Shown one piece after another: positions 21,581 through 32,014 of a stretch of 32,014 nt of DNA. How positions within the stretch are numbered: the first letter of the stretch is position 1; every line of letters begins with the position of its first letter. Source of the DNA: Octopus bimaculoides (Eukaryota); assembly GCF_001194135.2 (NCBI RefSeq), contig NC_068983.1, positions 57,816,508-57,848,521 of the forward strand. The letters are read 5' to 3'. The position numbers and the translations under genes are program-made. The notes under the pieces were generated by a model that was given only the letters and a program-made list of their open reading frames with translations, searched no databases and was not told the origin of the DNA.

Positions 21581-21818
21581 ATGACAATTTTGATGATAAT
21601 GTTGTCTCCTGATTGCAAAGAAGCTACAAATATTCAGCATTTTTTATGTGCTTTGCTGCAGTATGAGAGACTGTTATTTTGGTCATAACATCTATAACAA
21701 AATTGTTTTTAATAATTTTCTGAAGATTTCACTAGTACAGTAGAACCTTGGTTTTCGAGCATTTCTGATCACAAATAAATCGTACTTTATCTCCTGTCTT
21801 TCTCATATTCATTAAATA

Positions 21819-21861
21819 CAGTAGTACCTCGGTTTATGAATGCCTCTGATCACAAATAAAT

Positions 21862-21915
<54 letters not shown>

Positions 21916-22910
21916 NNNNNNNNNNNNNNNNNNNNNNNNNNNNNNNNNNNNNNNNNNNNNNNNNNNNNNNNNNNNNNNNNNNNNNNNNNNNNNNNNNNNN
22001 NNNNNNNNNNNNNNNNNNNNNNNNNNNNNNNNNNNNNNNNNNNNNNNNNNNNNNNNNNNNNNNNNNNNNNNNNNNNNNNNNNNNNNNNNNNNNNNNNNNN
22101 NNNNNNNNNNNNNNNNNNNNNNNNNNNNNNNNNNNNNNNNNNNNNNNNNNNNNNNNNNNNNNNNNNNNNNNNNNNNNNNNNNNNNNNNNNNNNNNNNNNN
22201 NNNNNNNNNNNNNNNNNNNNNNNNNNNNNNNNNNNNNNNNNNNNNNNNNNNNNNNNNNNNNNNNNNNNNNNNNNNNNNNNNNNNNNNNNNNNNNNNNNNN
22301 NNNNNNNNNNNNNNNNNNNNNNNNNNNNNNNNNNNNNNNNNNNNNNNNNNNNNNNNNNNNNNNNNNNNNNNNNNNNNNNNNNNNNNNNNNNNNNNNNNNN
22401 NNNNNNNNNNNNNNNNNNNNNNNNNNNNNNNNNNNNNNNNNNNNNNNNNNNNNNNNNNNNNNNNNNNNNNNNNNNNNNNNNNNNNNNNNNNNNNNNNNNN
22501 NNNNNNNNNNNNNNNNNNNNNNNNNNNNNNNNNNNNNNNNNNNNNNNNNNNNNNNNNNNNNNNNNNNNNNNNNNNNNNNNNNNNNNNNNNNNNNNNNNNN
22601 NNNNNNNNNNNNNNNNNNNNNNNNNNNNNNNNNNNNNNNNNNNNNNNNNNNNNNNNNNNNNNNNNNNNNNNNNNNNNNNNNNNNNNNNNNNNNNNNNNNN
22701 NNNNNNNNNNNNNNNNNNNNNNNNNNNNNNNNNNNNNNNNNNNNNNNNNNNNNNNNNNNNNNNNNNNNNNNNNNNNNNNNNNNNNNNNNNNNNNNNNNNN
22801 NNNNNNNNNNNNNNNNNNNNNNNNNNNNNNNNNNNNNNNNNNNNNNNNNNNNNNNNNNNNNNNNNNNNNNNNNNNNNNNNNNNNNNNNNNAGAAAACTGA
22901 GGTACTACTG
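21819..22910. mobile_element. Tigger/pogo-like DNA element spanning the assembly gap
   Basis: TA-CAGTAGTACCTCGGTTT at 21817 and its inverse AAAACTGAGGTACTACTG ending at 22910. An extra left-end copy lies at 21736-21781. Confidence 0.7.
21916..22890. other. Assembly gap
   Basis: Run of N. Confidence 1.
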
Positions 22911-23439
22911 TTTCTCTGTTGGATGGCTGAAGTCTTAGAGTAAAGGAAATATGAAACAAAAGAATGTTTTTATTTTGCTCAAGTCATTATTATCAAAAAG
23001 TGTTGTAAGTCCAAAACTTTGCTTTTTCAGAAAACAAAAAACTAGTTTCATCATTCCATTTCTTTTACATTAGAAACAGTTTCAGCTTAACAATAATACT
23101 TCGTTGGGTGCATAAAATCGTAACTCCATGCATGCATGCATGATATTTTCAGTCAGAAATATTTTTGCAAAACTGTCGTATGTGGGACTTACTACACTTT
23201 TGAAAAATGCTAAACCGATGTACTACACTTTGACTGTTTTCATATATTGGCATCTAAAGCAGCTGGAGATACGATAGTCTGACCAAAAGAACCAGCTATT
23301 GCAAACAGAATTTAAATATTGCAAAAAATGCATTTGGCCAAATTTGAACATACAACAATTTAACATAATAGCAACGATATGTGTTGGATGGTTTGACAAA
23401 ATCTAACAAATGAGAGAGCTGTGCTTAATTCTCTGTCTG

Positions 23440-23640
23440 TTTTAGCATGATTTTTACAACTAGATGCCCTTCCTCATGCCGACCACATTGCATAGTGTGC
23501 TGGGCAATCTCTCTTCATTGTTCTCACACTAGTGCGGTCACAAAGTAACACACATGACAAAACCCTTTTACTGAGTGATATTGAGGGAAGTAGCTTTGTG
23601 CCAAATGTTGAGACATTAAGTATTCTACAAGGACAGGAAG
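23440..23640 (-). mobile_element. Degenerate RTE-type 3' end repeat
   Basis: TTTTACAACTAGATGCCCTTCCTCATGCCGACCAC is the reverse complement of the family D core. Confidence 0.55.
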
Positions 23641-23879
23641 GGGACCCTTGCTGTTGAGAAGATCCTTTACTAAATCAGCTTGAAAGGGAGAAAGAATGGG
23701 AGGAGATGAAGCATGACAGTATAAGCCCGAGGGGCAAGAAAGTGGATAAGAGGCTGAGAATCGAAGAGGACTTGATGGATGGTTGCAAAACAGACTTCTT
23801 GACTACATAACCATTCCTGCAGCAAATTATTCAGCACTTGAATAAATTGGATTGCCCTAAGAAAATGTTTGAACAACCC

Positions 23880-24546
23880 TTCTTTCTATGAGATAAACTT
23901 CCTGTTTTAGAGTGATCTAAATTAAATTTTCCTTCAAAATTTTATGTTAATTTATGTTCCAAATACTAGCTTAATAATGATGGTTATTTTACTAAATTCT
24001 TCATTATTCTTAAAGTGAATCAAAACAAAGAACAGCAAATTTTAATGGAAATATAACAACAAATGCATTAACTGCTTTGATATCAACTTCCTCAGATTTC
24101 CTTTGTGACTATGATATACAAACTTCCGGTTTTAAAGTGATATAATTTAAAATCTTCCATCAAAATTTCATGTTAATTTATGTTGTAAACACCAGCTTAA
24201 TAAAGATAGTTTTATTTTACTAAATTCTTCGTTTTTAAAATTAATTGAAACAGAGGCAGAGAATTTCAATAGAAATATGGTGACAAATGTTTGAGAATTT
24301 CATAGGAATATGTATCTTTAATCCTTTTGATACCAAAAAATCTGAGTCTGATCTTGATCTATGAATTTAATTTCCTGTTTTAAAGTGATCCAAATTTTAA
24401 AAAATCCATCAAATTTTCATATAAATTAATATTCCAAACACCAGCTTTATAAAGACAAAGTTATTTAACTTAATCTTTCGTTTTCAAAATAACTGAAACA
24501 AAGGCAGATTATTTCAACAGAGTTATGGTAACAAAAAAATGGTTAA
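23880..24546 (-). mobile_element. Three tandem copies of a ~230-bp piggyBac-like MITE
   Basis: Repeated AACTTCCTGTTTTAAAGTGAT..CCAGCTTAATAA..TTACTAAATTCTT units. TTAA at 24068-24071, 24318-24321 and 24543-24546. Homologous to 13779-13993. Confidence 0.75.
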
Positions 24547-25148
24547 CTTGGATAATATGAGATAAATTATGAATAAATTATGAAAAGACAGGATGGTCAC
24601 AGATAGTGGTTACGGTTAGTAGTAACAATGATGATGGTGGTAGCAGTTGTGCTGCTGCTGATGATGATGGTGTTGGTGGAATGATGATGAAGCATTGATT
24701 TAAGACAAAATAAAGAGCAGCAGATCTGCCTGTCAATGAGCATGCTGTTTTTTGTTTATTCTTTACAAAATCTAACACTGTTTACATAAAGTTCTCAGTA
24801 ATTAATTCATAGAATGAAATGTTCAGCCAAAAATATGTTTATATTTTGCGGAATTTCATTTCACACAGCTTGGAATAAAATCTGTTAATTAAAAATTGTT
24901 TGCAGCCTTATTTATAATATGATAGCAATTAATGAACAGTTGTTCTATAATATAATTGTTTGAAGCCCAACCAAATATTTTTTAGATTTCTTTTAAATTC
25001 TATTTAATCTTCCTGTAGAACACTTATATCTGAGCGTGTATATATTTGTGTGCTCATACATGTATGTATATATGTATGTATATATATATATATGGTAGAA
25101 AAAGAGAGAAAAAATGGGAGTTTAAAAGATAATACAAGGTGTAAAATA

Positions 25149-25810
25149 NNNNNNNNNNNNNNNNNNNNNNNNNNNNNNNNNNNNNNNNNNNNNNNNNNNN
25201 NNNNNNNNNNNNNNNNNNNNNNNNNNNNNNNNNNNNNNNNNNNNNNNNNNNNNNNNNNNNNNNNNNNNNNNNNNNNNNNNNNNNNNNNNNNNNNNNNNNN
25301 NNNNNNNNNNNNNNNNNNNNNNNNNNNNNNNNNNNNNNNNNNNNNNNNNNNNNNNNNNNNNNNNNNNNNNNNNNNNNNNNNNNNNNNNNNNNNNNNNNNN
25401 NNNNNNNNNNNNNNNNNNNNNNNNNNNNNNNNNNNNNNNNNNNNNNNNNNNNNNNNNNNNNNNNNNNNNNNNNNNNNNNNNNNNNNNNNNNNNNNNNNNN
25501 NNNNNNNNNNNNNNNNNNNNNNNNNNNNNNNNNNNNNNNNNNNNNNNNNNNNNNNNNNNNNNNNNNNNNNNNNNNNNNNNNNNNNNNNNNNNNNNNNNNN
25601 NNNNNNNNNNNNNNNNNNNNNNNNNNNNNNNNNNNNNNNNNNNNNNNNNNNNNNNNNNNNNNNNNNNNNNNNNNNNNNNNNNNNNNNNNNNNNNNNNNNN
25701 NNNNNNNNNNNNNNNNNNNNNNNNNNNNNNNNNNNNNNNNNNNNNNNNNNNNNNNNNNNNNNNNNNNNNNNNNNNNNNNNNNNNNNNNNNNNNNNNNNNN
25801 NNNNNNNNNN
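25149..25810. other. Assembly gap, followed by (TA)n at 25811-25854
   Basis: Run of N. Confidence 1.
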
Positions 25811-25859
<49 letters not shown>

Positions 25860-26563
25860 TCTCAGACTTAATAGGATGACTAGGCAGGGGCGAGGGGATA
25901 GATAACCTGAAAAGAGTAAAAAAGGGTAGAATAGAAAAAAAAACGATGAACATAGGTGAATTTTTTTTTCCTTGAAGATCTACTTTGGAAAATAAATGTG
26001 TTCAGCTTGTTGCAAAAGCAAATCAATGTTGCAGAAGATTGGTGGCATCATTTAGTTTGGCTTTGATGTTTTGGGCTAGAGAGATGGAGTAAGAAGTATG
26101 TTGTTGTTCAACAGATACATCTATGTATGTATATGTTTGTTCAAAGTGGTATTGTAGCGAGAGAGAGAGCAGAAAGCAAGTCCTTGGTGTGTCTTTTGAA
26201 TTGATGTGACAGAAGAGACATTTGAATCGTGAATAAATGTTTCCACTACCGAGAAGTACATTACTACTTGAGGTGTGTAAGATTATTTGTTAGTTAATAA
26301 AAGTTGTTAGAAAATAAAAAAAAAAGTAAAGAACAATTGTACAATTCTCTTAACGACGGCCATAGTTAAAAGATCCCAGATGCATAACCACAAAATGGCT
26401 TTAAGTCATATTGAAGGTAATCTCACTTTGTGTATGAAACTCATATCTATGGTAAAGCATAACATTACGTTTTCCAATTTCCTTCATCTATAATATAAAG
26501 CATTCCTGTCCTTGGTTATCACAAACCACTGACTCAGAATTTCTGGTGTATATCATCATCATC

Positions 26564-26810
26564 CAATACTGGATTAACCATTAAGCAAAATAAGCACATG
26601 CTTAGGGCATCAAAGGAAGGAGGGGGCACCACAGAAATGGTAAATGGCTTATGGCACAAAAGAAATCACTTTAAACTTGCTAAAATAATATTCAGTGATT
26701 TCTATAATATGAAAAGATTTTTTATGGTCTGTTTATATTTTGAATTATATATGGGGGCACCGAATCTTTTATAAGTGCTTAGGACCTCTATGGGGTCTTA
26801 ATCATCCCTG
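26564..26810. mobile_element. hAT-type MITE
   Basis: Left CAATACTGGATTAA and right TTAATCATCCCTG. 8-bp TSD TCATCATC (26556-26563) and TTATCATC (26811-26818). Confidence 0.65.
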
Positions 26811-26812
26811 TT

Positions 26813-27238
26813 ATCATCATCGTCATTATCATCAACTCTATTTTAACGCCTGCTTTTCTATGCTTGCATAAGTCAGATGGAAACCATTGAAACAGATTTC
26901 TTTATGGCCAGATGTCTTTCTTGTCATCAACCCCAACTTGTTTCTGAACAAGGTAATATTTTTTCCACATGAAGATATGTTTTGTAGAAGATCGGAAACA
27001 GACACCGTTCATGTGACAGTGACACTCATAGCTATCTCTTGATGCCAAGACAAGGAATCACAAACTCAGATACATGCAAACACACACATACACACATCTT
27101 CTTTCACTAAATGTCTACCAAAGCTACCCACAAAGCTTCAAACAACTGAGTTCTATAGTAGAAAACACTAGCCCAGGGTTCCACATAGCAGGACTGAACC
27201 AAAGACCACATGGGCAGGAAGCAAGCTTCTTAACAACA
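26813..27238 (-). mobile_element. SINE family E, degenerate
   Basis: CATCATCGTC..TTTTAACGCCTGCTTTTCTATGCTTG tail, CAAGGTAATAT body, GGACTGAACC head. Confidence 0.7.
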
Positions 27239-27327
27239 TGTCCAGGAAGCAAATCTTTTGACCTCACAATCAGGAAGTGAATTTCTCAATCACATAACCA
27301 TATCAATAATCAGTATGCAGTTCAATT

Positions 27328-27817
27328 TCAGGGCAGTGAGCTGGCAGAATTGTAAGCACGCTGGGCAGAATGCTTAGCCATATTTCATCTGCCTTTATGT
27401 TCTGAGTTCAAATTCTGCCAGGGTTAACTTTGCCTTTCATCCTTTTGGGGTCGATTTAAATAAGTACCAGTTACACACTGGGGTCGATGCAATCGACTTA
27501 ATCCCATTGTCTGTCTTTGTTTGTCCCCTCTATGTTTAACCCCCTGTGGGGAATAAAGAAATAAATATTCCCAACAATTAAGGTGGTCAGCTGCCTGAAC
27601 CATTAGCTTGCTGGGCCAAATGTTTAGGGGCACTTTGTCACTCTTTGCATTCTGAGTTCAAATTCCACCAAGGTTGATTTTGCCTTTCGTCATTTCAAGG
27701 TTGATAAAATAAGTAAATACCAGTTACACACTGGGTCAATGTAATCAATTCAATGCCATTGTCTGTCCTTGTTTGTCCCCTGTATGTTTAGCCCTCTGTG
27801 GGCAATAAAGAAATCGA
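27328..27817 (+). mobile_element. Head-to-tail pair of family A SINEs within one 14-bp direct repeat
   Basis: Copies at about 27330-27565 and 27590-27815. TATGCAGTTCAATT at 27314-27327 and 27818-27831. Confidence 0.85.
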
Positions 27818-28260
27818 TATGCAGTTCAATTGTCCATTGACTACAAAAGAATTTTGTGAGTAGATCAGAAATTAAAATGCAGCTTGTAGGTCAGTTTGTC
27901 GTTCGTATATGAAGCAATTATTAAGTCATTTTGTGATTTATTTTCTAAATCAAATTGTACATTATACAAAAGTTATAATGTCTATTTGAAGCTAAAATGC
28001 AAGACCATCAACTACATAATTTTGAGTTATATATTTCAACATCCATTATGCTCTTAGCTGGCAAAGAACATAAATTTACTTTAGTTTTTATATGAAAGAA
28101 AAGCAGTAATCCAAACAAAATTGTAATGATTGCTTTTAGTGAAAATCGGTTTTTAAAAACCTGGGAATAAGTTCAAGTGTTGCAAAGTAATGTGAAGAGA
28201 ATTAATGTTTCAGGGACTACTTTTGTAAAAATATTTTCGATGTTTCAGGTATTTATTTAG

Positions 28261-28404
28261 ACTCTCCAAATTCATGCCCACTCCATGGAATCGTTCTATT
28301 CAACCTTACAAAATCCTGTCATACCCAGAGATATAAGGGAAAATATTCTTATCTCTTTAGCTGTCAGTCTATCTAACTCTGTTTCTGCTTGTCTAACGAG
28401 TACA
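28261..28404 (+). CDS. Candidate exon, unknown product (TLQIHAHSMESFYSTLQNPVIPRDIRENILISLAVSLSNS..)
   Basis: T-rich acceptor ending TATTTATTTAG at 28260, then 48 open codons in unique DNA. Donor ambiguous. Confidence 0.22.
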
Positions 28405-28479
28405 TAATGGATGTATGCATGTGCTATTCTAGTGATAACAAAGGGAAGAAAAAGTATTCAAGATTTGAGGTAGAATAAA

Positions 28480-28693
28480 GCCATGAACTGACAGAATCGT
28501 TGACATATCAGGCAAAATGCTTGGCAGCATGTAATCCCTCTTTATGTTCTGAGTTCAAATCCTGCCAGAGGTCAACTTTGCCTTTCATTCTTTTAGATTC
28601 AGTAAAATAAGTATGAGTTGCCACTGGGGTCGATGTAATCAACTTGCCCCATCTCTTGAAATTGCTGGCATGGTGTGAAAATTTGAAACTAAT
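28480..28693 (+). mobile_element. SINE family A
   Basis: GACAGAATCGTT..TTCTGAGTTCAAATCC..TTTGCCTTTCAT..CTGGGGTCGATGTAATC..TTTGAAAC. Confidence 0.85.
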
Positions 28694-28755
28694 GTCTGAG
28701 AGAGAATGTGTACTTTATAAGATCTGCTAGAATTAGAACTCACCCCTACTTTTAG

Positions 28756-28936
28756 TTTCTGGGTTTCTTTGAGCTACAAAAACCATGCTTTGATTTATCA
28801 GCTTATTAATTCTGGTTCTGAATCCTCATTGAATGACCAACACAAATTTCAAGACTTGTAAAATACTGGTATTGGCTTGATTAGACATAATGAATCGGGT
28901 TTTTTTATGGTCTGGAGTTCTTCCTTTCTTCATAAG
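28756..28936 (+). pseudogene. Candidate pseudo-exon with one in-frame stop
   Basis: CCCTACTTTTAG acceptor and AAG|GTATTT donor. 60 codons with a single TAA at 28859-28861. Confidence 0.2.
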
Positions 28937-29570
28937 GTATTTTTATGTCATTGCCCCACCACCACCACCACCACCACTGAACGCATCTTTATTTACTGAA
29001 AAACACATGCAAAACAGTGTTAAGGAAGATACACGAATACACATGATTGCCTACCACACAGATTATGTCAACCAATTATACTGACAACGAATTAGTCAGC
29101 ATAAAGCTATAGAAGAAATTTGCCTAAAAGCTCATGAAGTGTAGCTGAACCTGAAATCCCTTGGATAAGAATTTAGCTTTAGAAACTCCCAACTATGTTT
29201 GCATGCACAAACACATATATAGAAACACATGCGAGTGTGTATTTTTATGGGTGAGATGCAGGTATAAAATTGGTGTTGGGTATGAATAAAACCTCCACCA
29301 ATTGCAATATAAAAGGGGGTGAGAAGAAACAACTATACTACATTGTCTGTTGCACAGCTTAACAAGTGACATATTAGGTGGAGAAGCCCATTCAAAAATT
29401 ATATCGCAGTCTACATTCAAAACTGATAAAACCAGCAATTAGACTGCAACATGTTCTAGAAATCATAAACGTTGGAAATTGGAATATCACAACCTCATCC
29501 CATGTCTTCCTAAATTCAAAACTCTGCAAAAATCCATCATGGTTCAAAACGTTGCTTACTTTTTACTCAA

Positions 29571-29602
<32 letters not shown>

Positions 29603-29606
<4 letters not shown>

Positions 29607-30104
29607 CCCATGCCAACCTTCCTTCATTGGACACTAAACTCAGCTTGCGAAGACTTGTTGGGGCAAGTGNNNNNNNNNNNNNNNNNNNNNNNNNNNNNNN
29701 NNNNNNNNNNNNNNNNNNNNNNNNNNNNNNNNNNNNNNNNNNNNNNNNNNNNNNNNNNNNNNNNNNNNNNNNNNNNNNNNNNNNNNNNNNNNNNNNNNNN
29801 NNNNNNNNNNNNNNNNNNNNNNNNNNNNNNNNNNNNNNNNNNNNNNNNNNNNNNNNNNNNNNNNNNNNNNNNNNNNNNNNNNNNNNNNNNNNNNNNNNNN
29901 NNNNNNNNNNNNNNNNNNNNNNNNNNNNNNNNNNNNNNNNNNNNNNNNNNNNNNNNNNNNNNNNNNNNNNNNNNNNNNNNNNNNNNNNNNNNNNNNNNNN
30001 NNNNNNNNNNNNNNNNNNNNNNNNNNNNNNNNNNNNNNNNNAGTCCCCAGTCAAATCGTCCAACCCATGCTGGCATGGAAAGCGGACGTTAAATGATGAT
30101 GATG

Positions 30105-30105
<1 letters not shown>
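29603..30105 (+). mobile_element. RTE-type 3' end repeat (family D) spanning the gap at 29670-30041, flanked by (TA)n
   Basis: CAGTCAAATCGTCCAACCCATGCTGGCATGGAAAGCGGACGTTAAATGATGATGATGAT tail. (TA)n at 29573-29602 and 30108-30151. Confidence 0.75.
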
Positions 30106-30156
<51 letters not shown>

Positions 30157-30534
30157 CAAATGCCACATAAATATAGCAATAGTTTGAAGGTTAACATATG
30201 TTGCTAACACAAGCAACATTTTGAAGTAATATATGGAGTCATGGCATTATTTGCAAAATATGTTTTACCAGATAAGAGGTTTCAATGTCATATAAGTAGG
30301 ATTAAAATAATGATATAAGTTGTTTATGTCATTAAGTCGAAAGACAGGAAATCATTCATTTTTAATGGTGGAACTCAAAGTAGATAAAGCTATAAATGTG
30401 TAGATATTGAATTAAACATTCATTATGACAGAAAAAGTTGAACCCAGATCTTAAGTAAGCATGGGAAGACTTTCAGTTCTATACATGGGTCTTTTAACCA
30501 AATAATTACATGTTTTCTTTTATAGTTTTATCTA

Positions 30535-30704
30535 TGAGGAGGTGCTGGAAATTCCTGGATTTAAGGGTATCAAAAAAAGCCTGGTTGGAAGCCCAACCTT
30601 CTGAGGTTTTTACAGGGCTTAGAAAAACTAAAAGACCCCCTACAATAATTAACTCGTCCTCCTGCATCTTCTTTTACCCAAAGCGACTTCTCAACATCCC
30701 TTCG
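30535..30704 (+). mobile_element. Mariner MITE / internally deleted mariner
   Basis: TA-TGAGGAGGTGCTGGAAATTCC at left and CTTCTCAACATCCCTTCG-TA at right. Internal TTTTACAGGGCTTAGAAAAACT resembles a mariner transposase C-terminus. Confidence 0.7.
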
Positions 30705-30735
30705 TACTTGAAGTTCCACAATTAATATAAATTAT

Positions 30736-30932
30736 TTTACCTTTTGGCATTCAGATTCATCTGTCAAATGTATTGCTTGTTTATTCATTTTGTTTTCAAT
30801 TAGTCACACGTTATCTTGTAGTGTCGAGATTTCAGCAGTGTGTTTGTATATTTTTAGAATGACATTGTAGGATACATGTGAGAGGCCAGATCTGGTCAGT
30901 TTTAACATAAAACCATTAGAATAAAGGGTTAA
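30736..30932 (-). mobile_element. piggyBac-like MITE, second family
   Basis: Ends AAAGGG-TTAA at 30923-30932. Degenerate TTTACCTTTT at the other end. Homologous to 16240-16455. Confidence 0.65.
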
Positions 30933-31049
30933 TGGTAAAAGAGTTTTACTGAAGAATCATAATTATTAAAGCCCAAAATACATTAACCAGTTGTTGCTTG
31001 TCTATATTTCACTTGTCTTCCTTTTTCCTCAAAAAGGTGGTGTCTGTTT

Positions 31050-31105
31050 ATGGTCAAGCAGCTACTTGACCATTCAAATGTTGATGTGATACATCTCGAC
31101 TTTGC
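31050..31105 (+). pseudogene. CR1/L2/Jockey-type LINE reverse transcriptase fragment, cut by the gap at 31106-31205
   Basis: VKQLLDHSNVDVIHLDF matches the RT motif VDVIYLDF(.KAFD). Confidence 0.65.
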
Positions 31106-31544
31106 NNNNNNNNNNNNNNNNNNNNNNNNNNNNNNNNNNNNNNNNNNNNNNNNNNNNNNNNNNNNNNNNNNNNNNNNNNNNNNNNNNNNNNNNNNNNNNN
31201 NNNNNATATATATATATATATATGTGCATATATATGGGTTAAGCTAGTATTTACCATTCTACCATAGAATAATTGTACAGAGATACAAAGTTTAGAAAGT
31301 TTACCAAATAACAAAATGAATTCAAAATTGGATATACTTCTCTGTTGTTTTGCTGTAAACCACATTGATATGGTTGCAAAATATCAGGCAAAGCATCAGT
31401 AAATAATGGCCTTTAGTAGGATATTATCAGCAATTCCAATGCCAAGAAATATGAACTGTTTCATTATGTTGAAAACTTGGCCACAATTCTTAATAGCTGC
31501 TATTGCCAGAGAGTCTTGTGTAAATATTTTGCAACCAAATTTTC

Positions 31545-31680
31545 ATTTGTCCTCATCTTGTTTGTTGTTAACAAAACGTTTCGGCTGATATACCCTCCAG
31601 CCTTCATCAGTTGTCTTGGAAAAAATTTGAACCTGGGTTCTCATTCCTAAGGTATTGTTTGATGTTATCATTATTATTGT
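31545..31680 (-). mobile_element. Second copy of the hammerhead-bearing element (from the (AAT)n tract onward)
   Basis: Reverse complement AACATC..ATACCTTAGGAATGAGAACCCAGGTTC..CTGATGAAGGCTGGAGGGTATATCAGCCGAAACGTT..GATGAGGACAAAT matches 11160-11284. Confidence 0.9.
31570..31615 (-). ncRNA. Minimal type I hammerhead ribozyme motif
   Basis: GACAA-CTGATGA-A-GGCTG-GAGGGTATAT-CAGCC-GAAAC-GTT-TTGTT. Perfect 5-bp stem II, 5-bp stem I, ACGT stem III. Confidence 0.8.
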
Positions 31681-32014
31681 TCAGTAGTTTTATTTTTATA
31701 ACGTGCTTTCACTTCACTACCGAGCGCAGCTCTGTGCGCCTTGGGTATGTGCTGTGGTTTGCTGTGGTGGTCTTATGTTTACTGTATTGAAAGTGTTTTG
31801 CGTAGAATGTGTGCAGTACCCAGTAGTGCAATTTTCTGTATGTTATATATATTTGTAAGTCCTGGTGTTTTTGTTATGTATTTGTCTGAATATTTTTTTA
31901 TTATACCTAAGGCACCTACTATGATAGGAATTGTTTCTGTTTTTAGATTCCACATTCGAGTTATCTCTATTTCCAGGTCTTTGTATTTTGAAAGTTTTTC
32001 CATTTCTTTTAGAG
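31681..32014 (-). mobile_element. R4/Dong-type (restriction-like endonuclease) non-LTR retrotransposon, 3' end
   Basis: Uninterrupted ORF end, ~100-nt 3' UTR ending AAAATAAAACTACTGAA, then an AAT-repeat tail. Confidence 0.8.
31779..32014 (-). CDS. C-terminus of RLE-type LINE ORF (partial; runs off the window)
   Basis: LKEMEKLSKYKDLEIEITRMWNLKTETIPIIVGALG fits the K..KY..L...W......P..vGalG motif of RLE retrotransposons. The frame is open to the window edge. Confidence 0.85.
   Translation of the reverse strand, partial: LKEMEKLSKYKDLEIEITRMWNLKTETIPIIVGALGIIKKYSDKYITKTPGLTNIYNIQKIALLGTAHILRKTLSIQ

Noticed and set aside
30510-30725. 71-aa ORF with an apparent upstream acceptor
   Set aside because: It coincides with a TA-flanked mariner MITE.

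Overview
AT-rich, repeat-dense eukaryotic draft-genome DNA with six N-gaps. The repeat families look like those of an Octopus/cephalopod genome; this is inferred from motif recognition, not from a search. I cannot confidently call any intact host gene. Most listed ORFs are artefacts of N-runs, microsatellites or SINEs. The window is dominated by tRNA-derived SINEs, RTE/CR1/R4-Dong LINE fragments, hAT, piggyBac, Tigger and mariner MITEs (several with clear TIRs and TSDs), and microsatellites. The most interesting signal is a set of minimal type I hammerhead ribozyme (HHR) motifs. One short element at 10942-11302 combines a tRNA-like Pol III head, an (AAT)n spacer and an intact-core HHR, with an inverted terminal duplication, all inside a 12-bp TSD. 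A second copy at 31545-31680 (minus strand) shows a compensatory stem I change and is joined at its (AAT)n tract to an R4/Dong-type LINE. Two more degenerate HHR-like cores with unrelated flanks lie at about 8105-8175 and 9682-9715. A few low-confidence exon-like segments occur at about 19.0-19.2 kb (minus) and 28.3-30.2 kb (plus).
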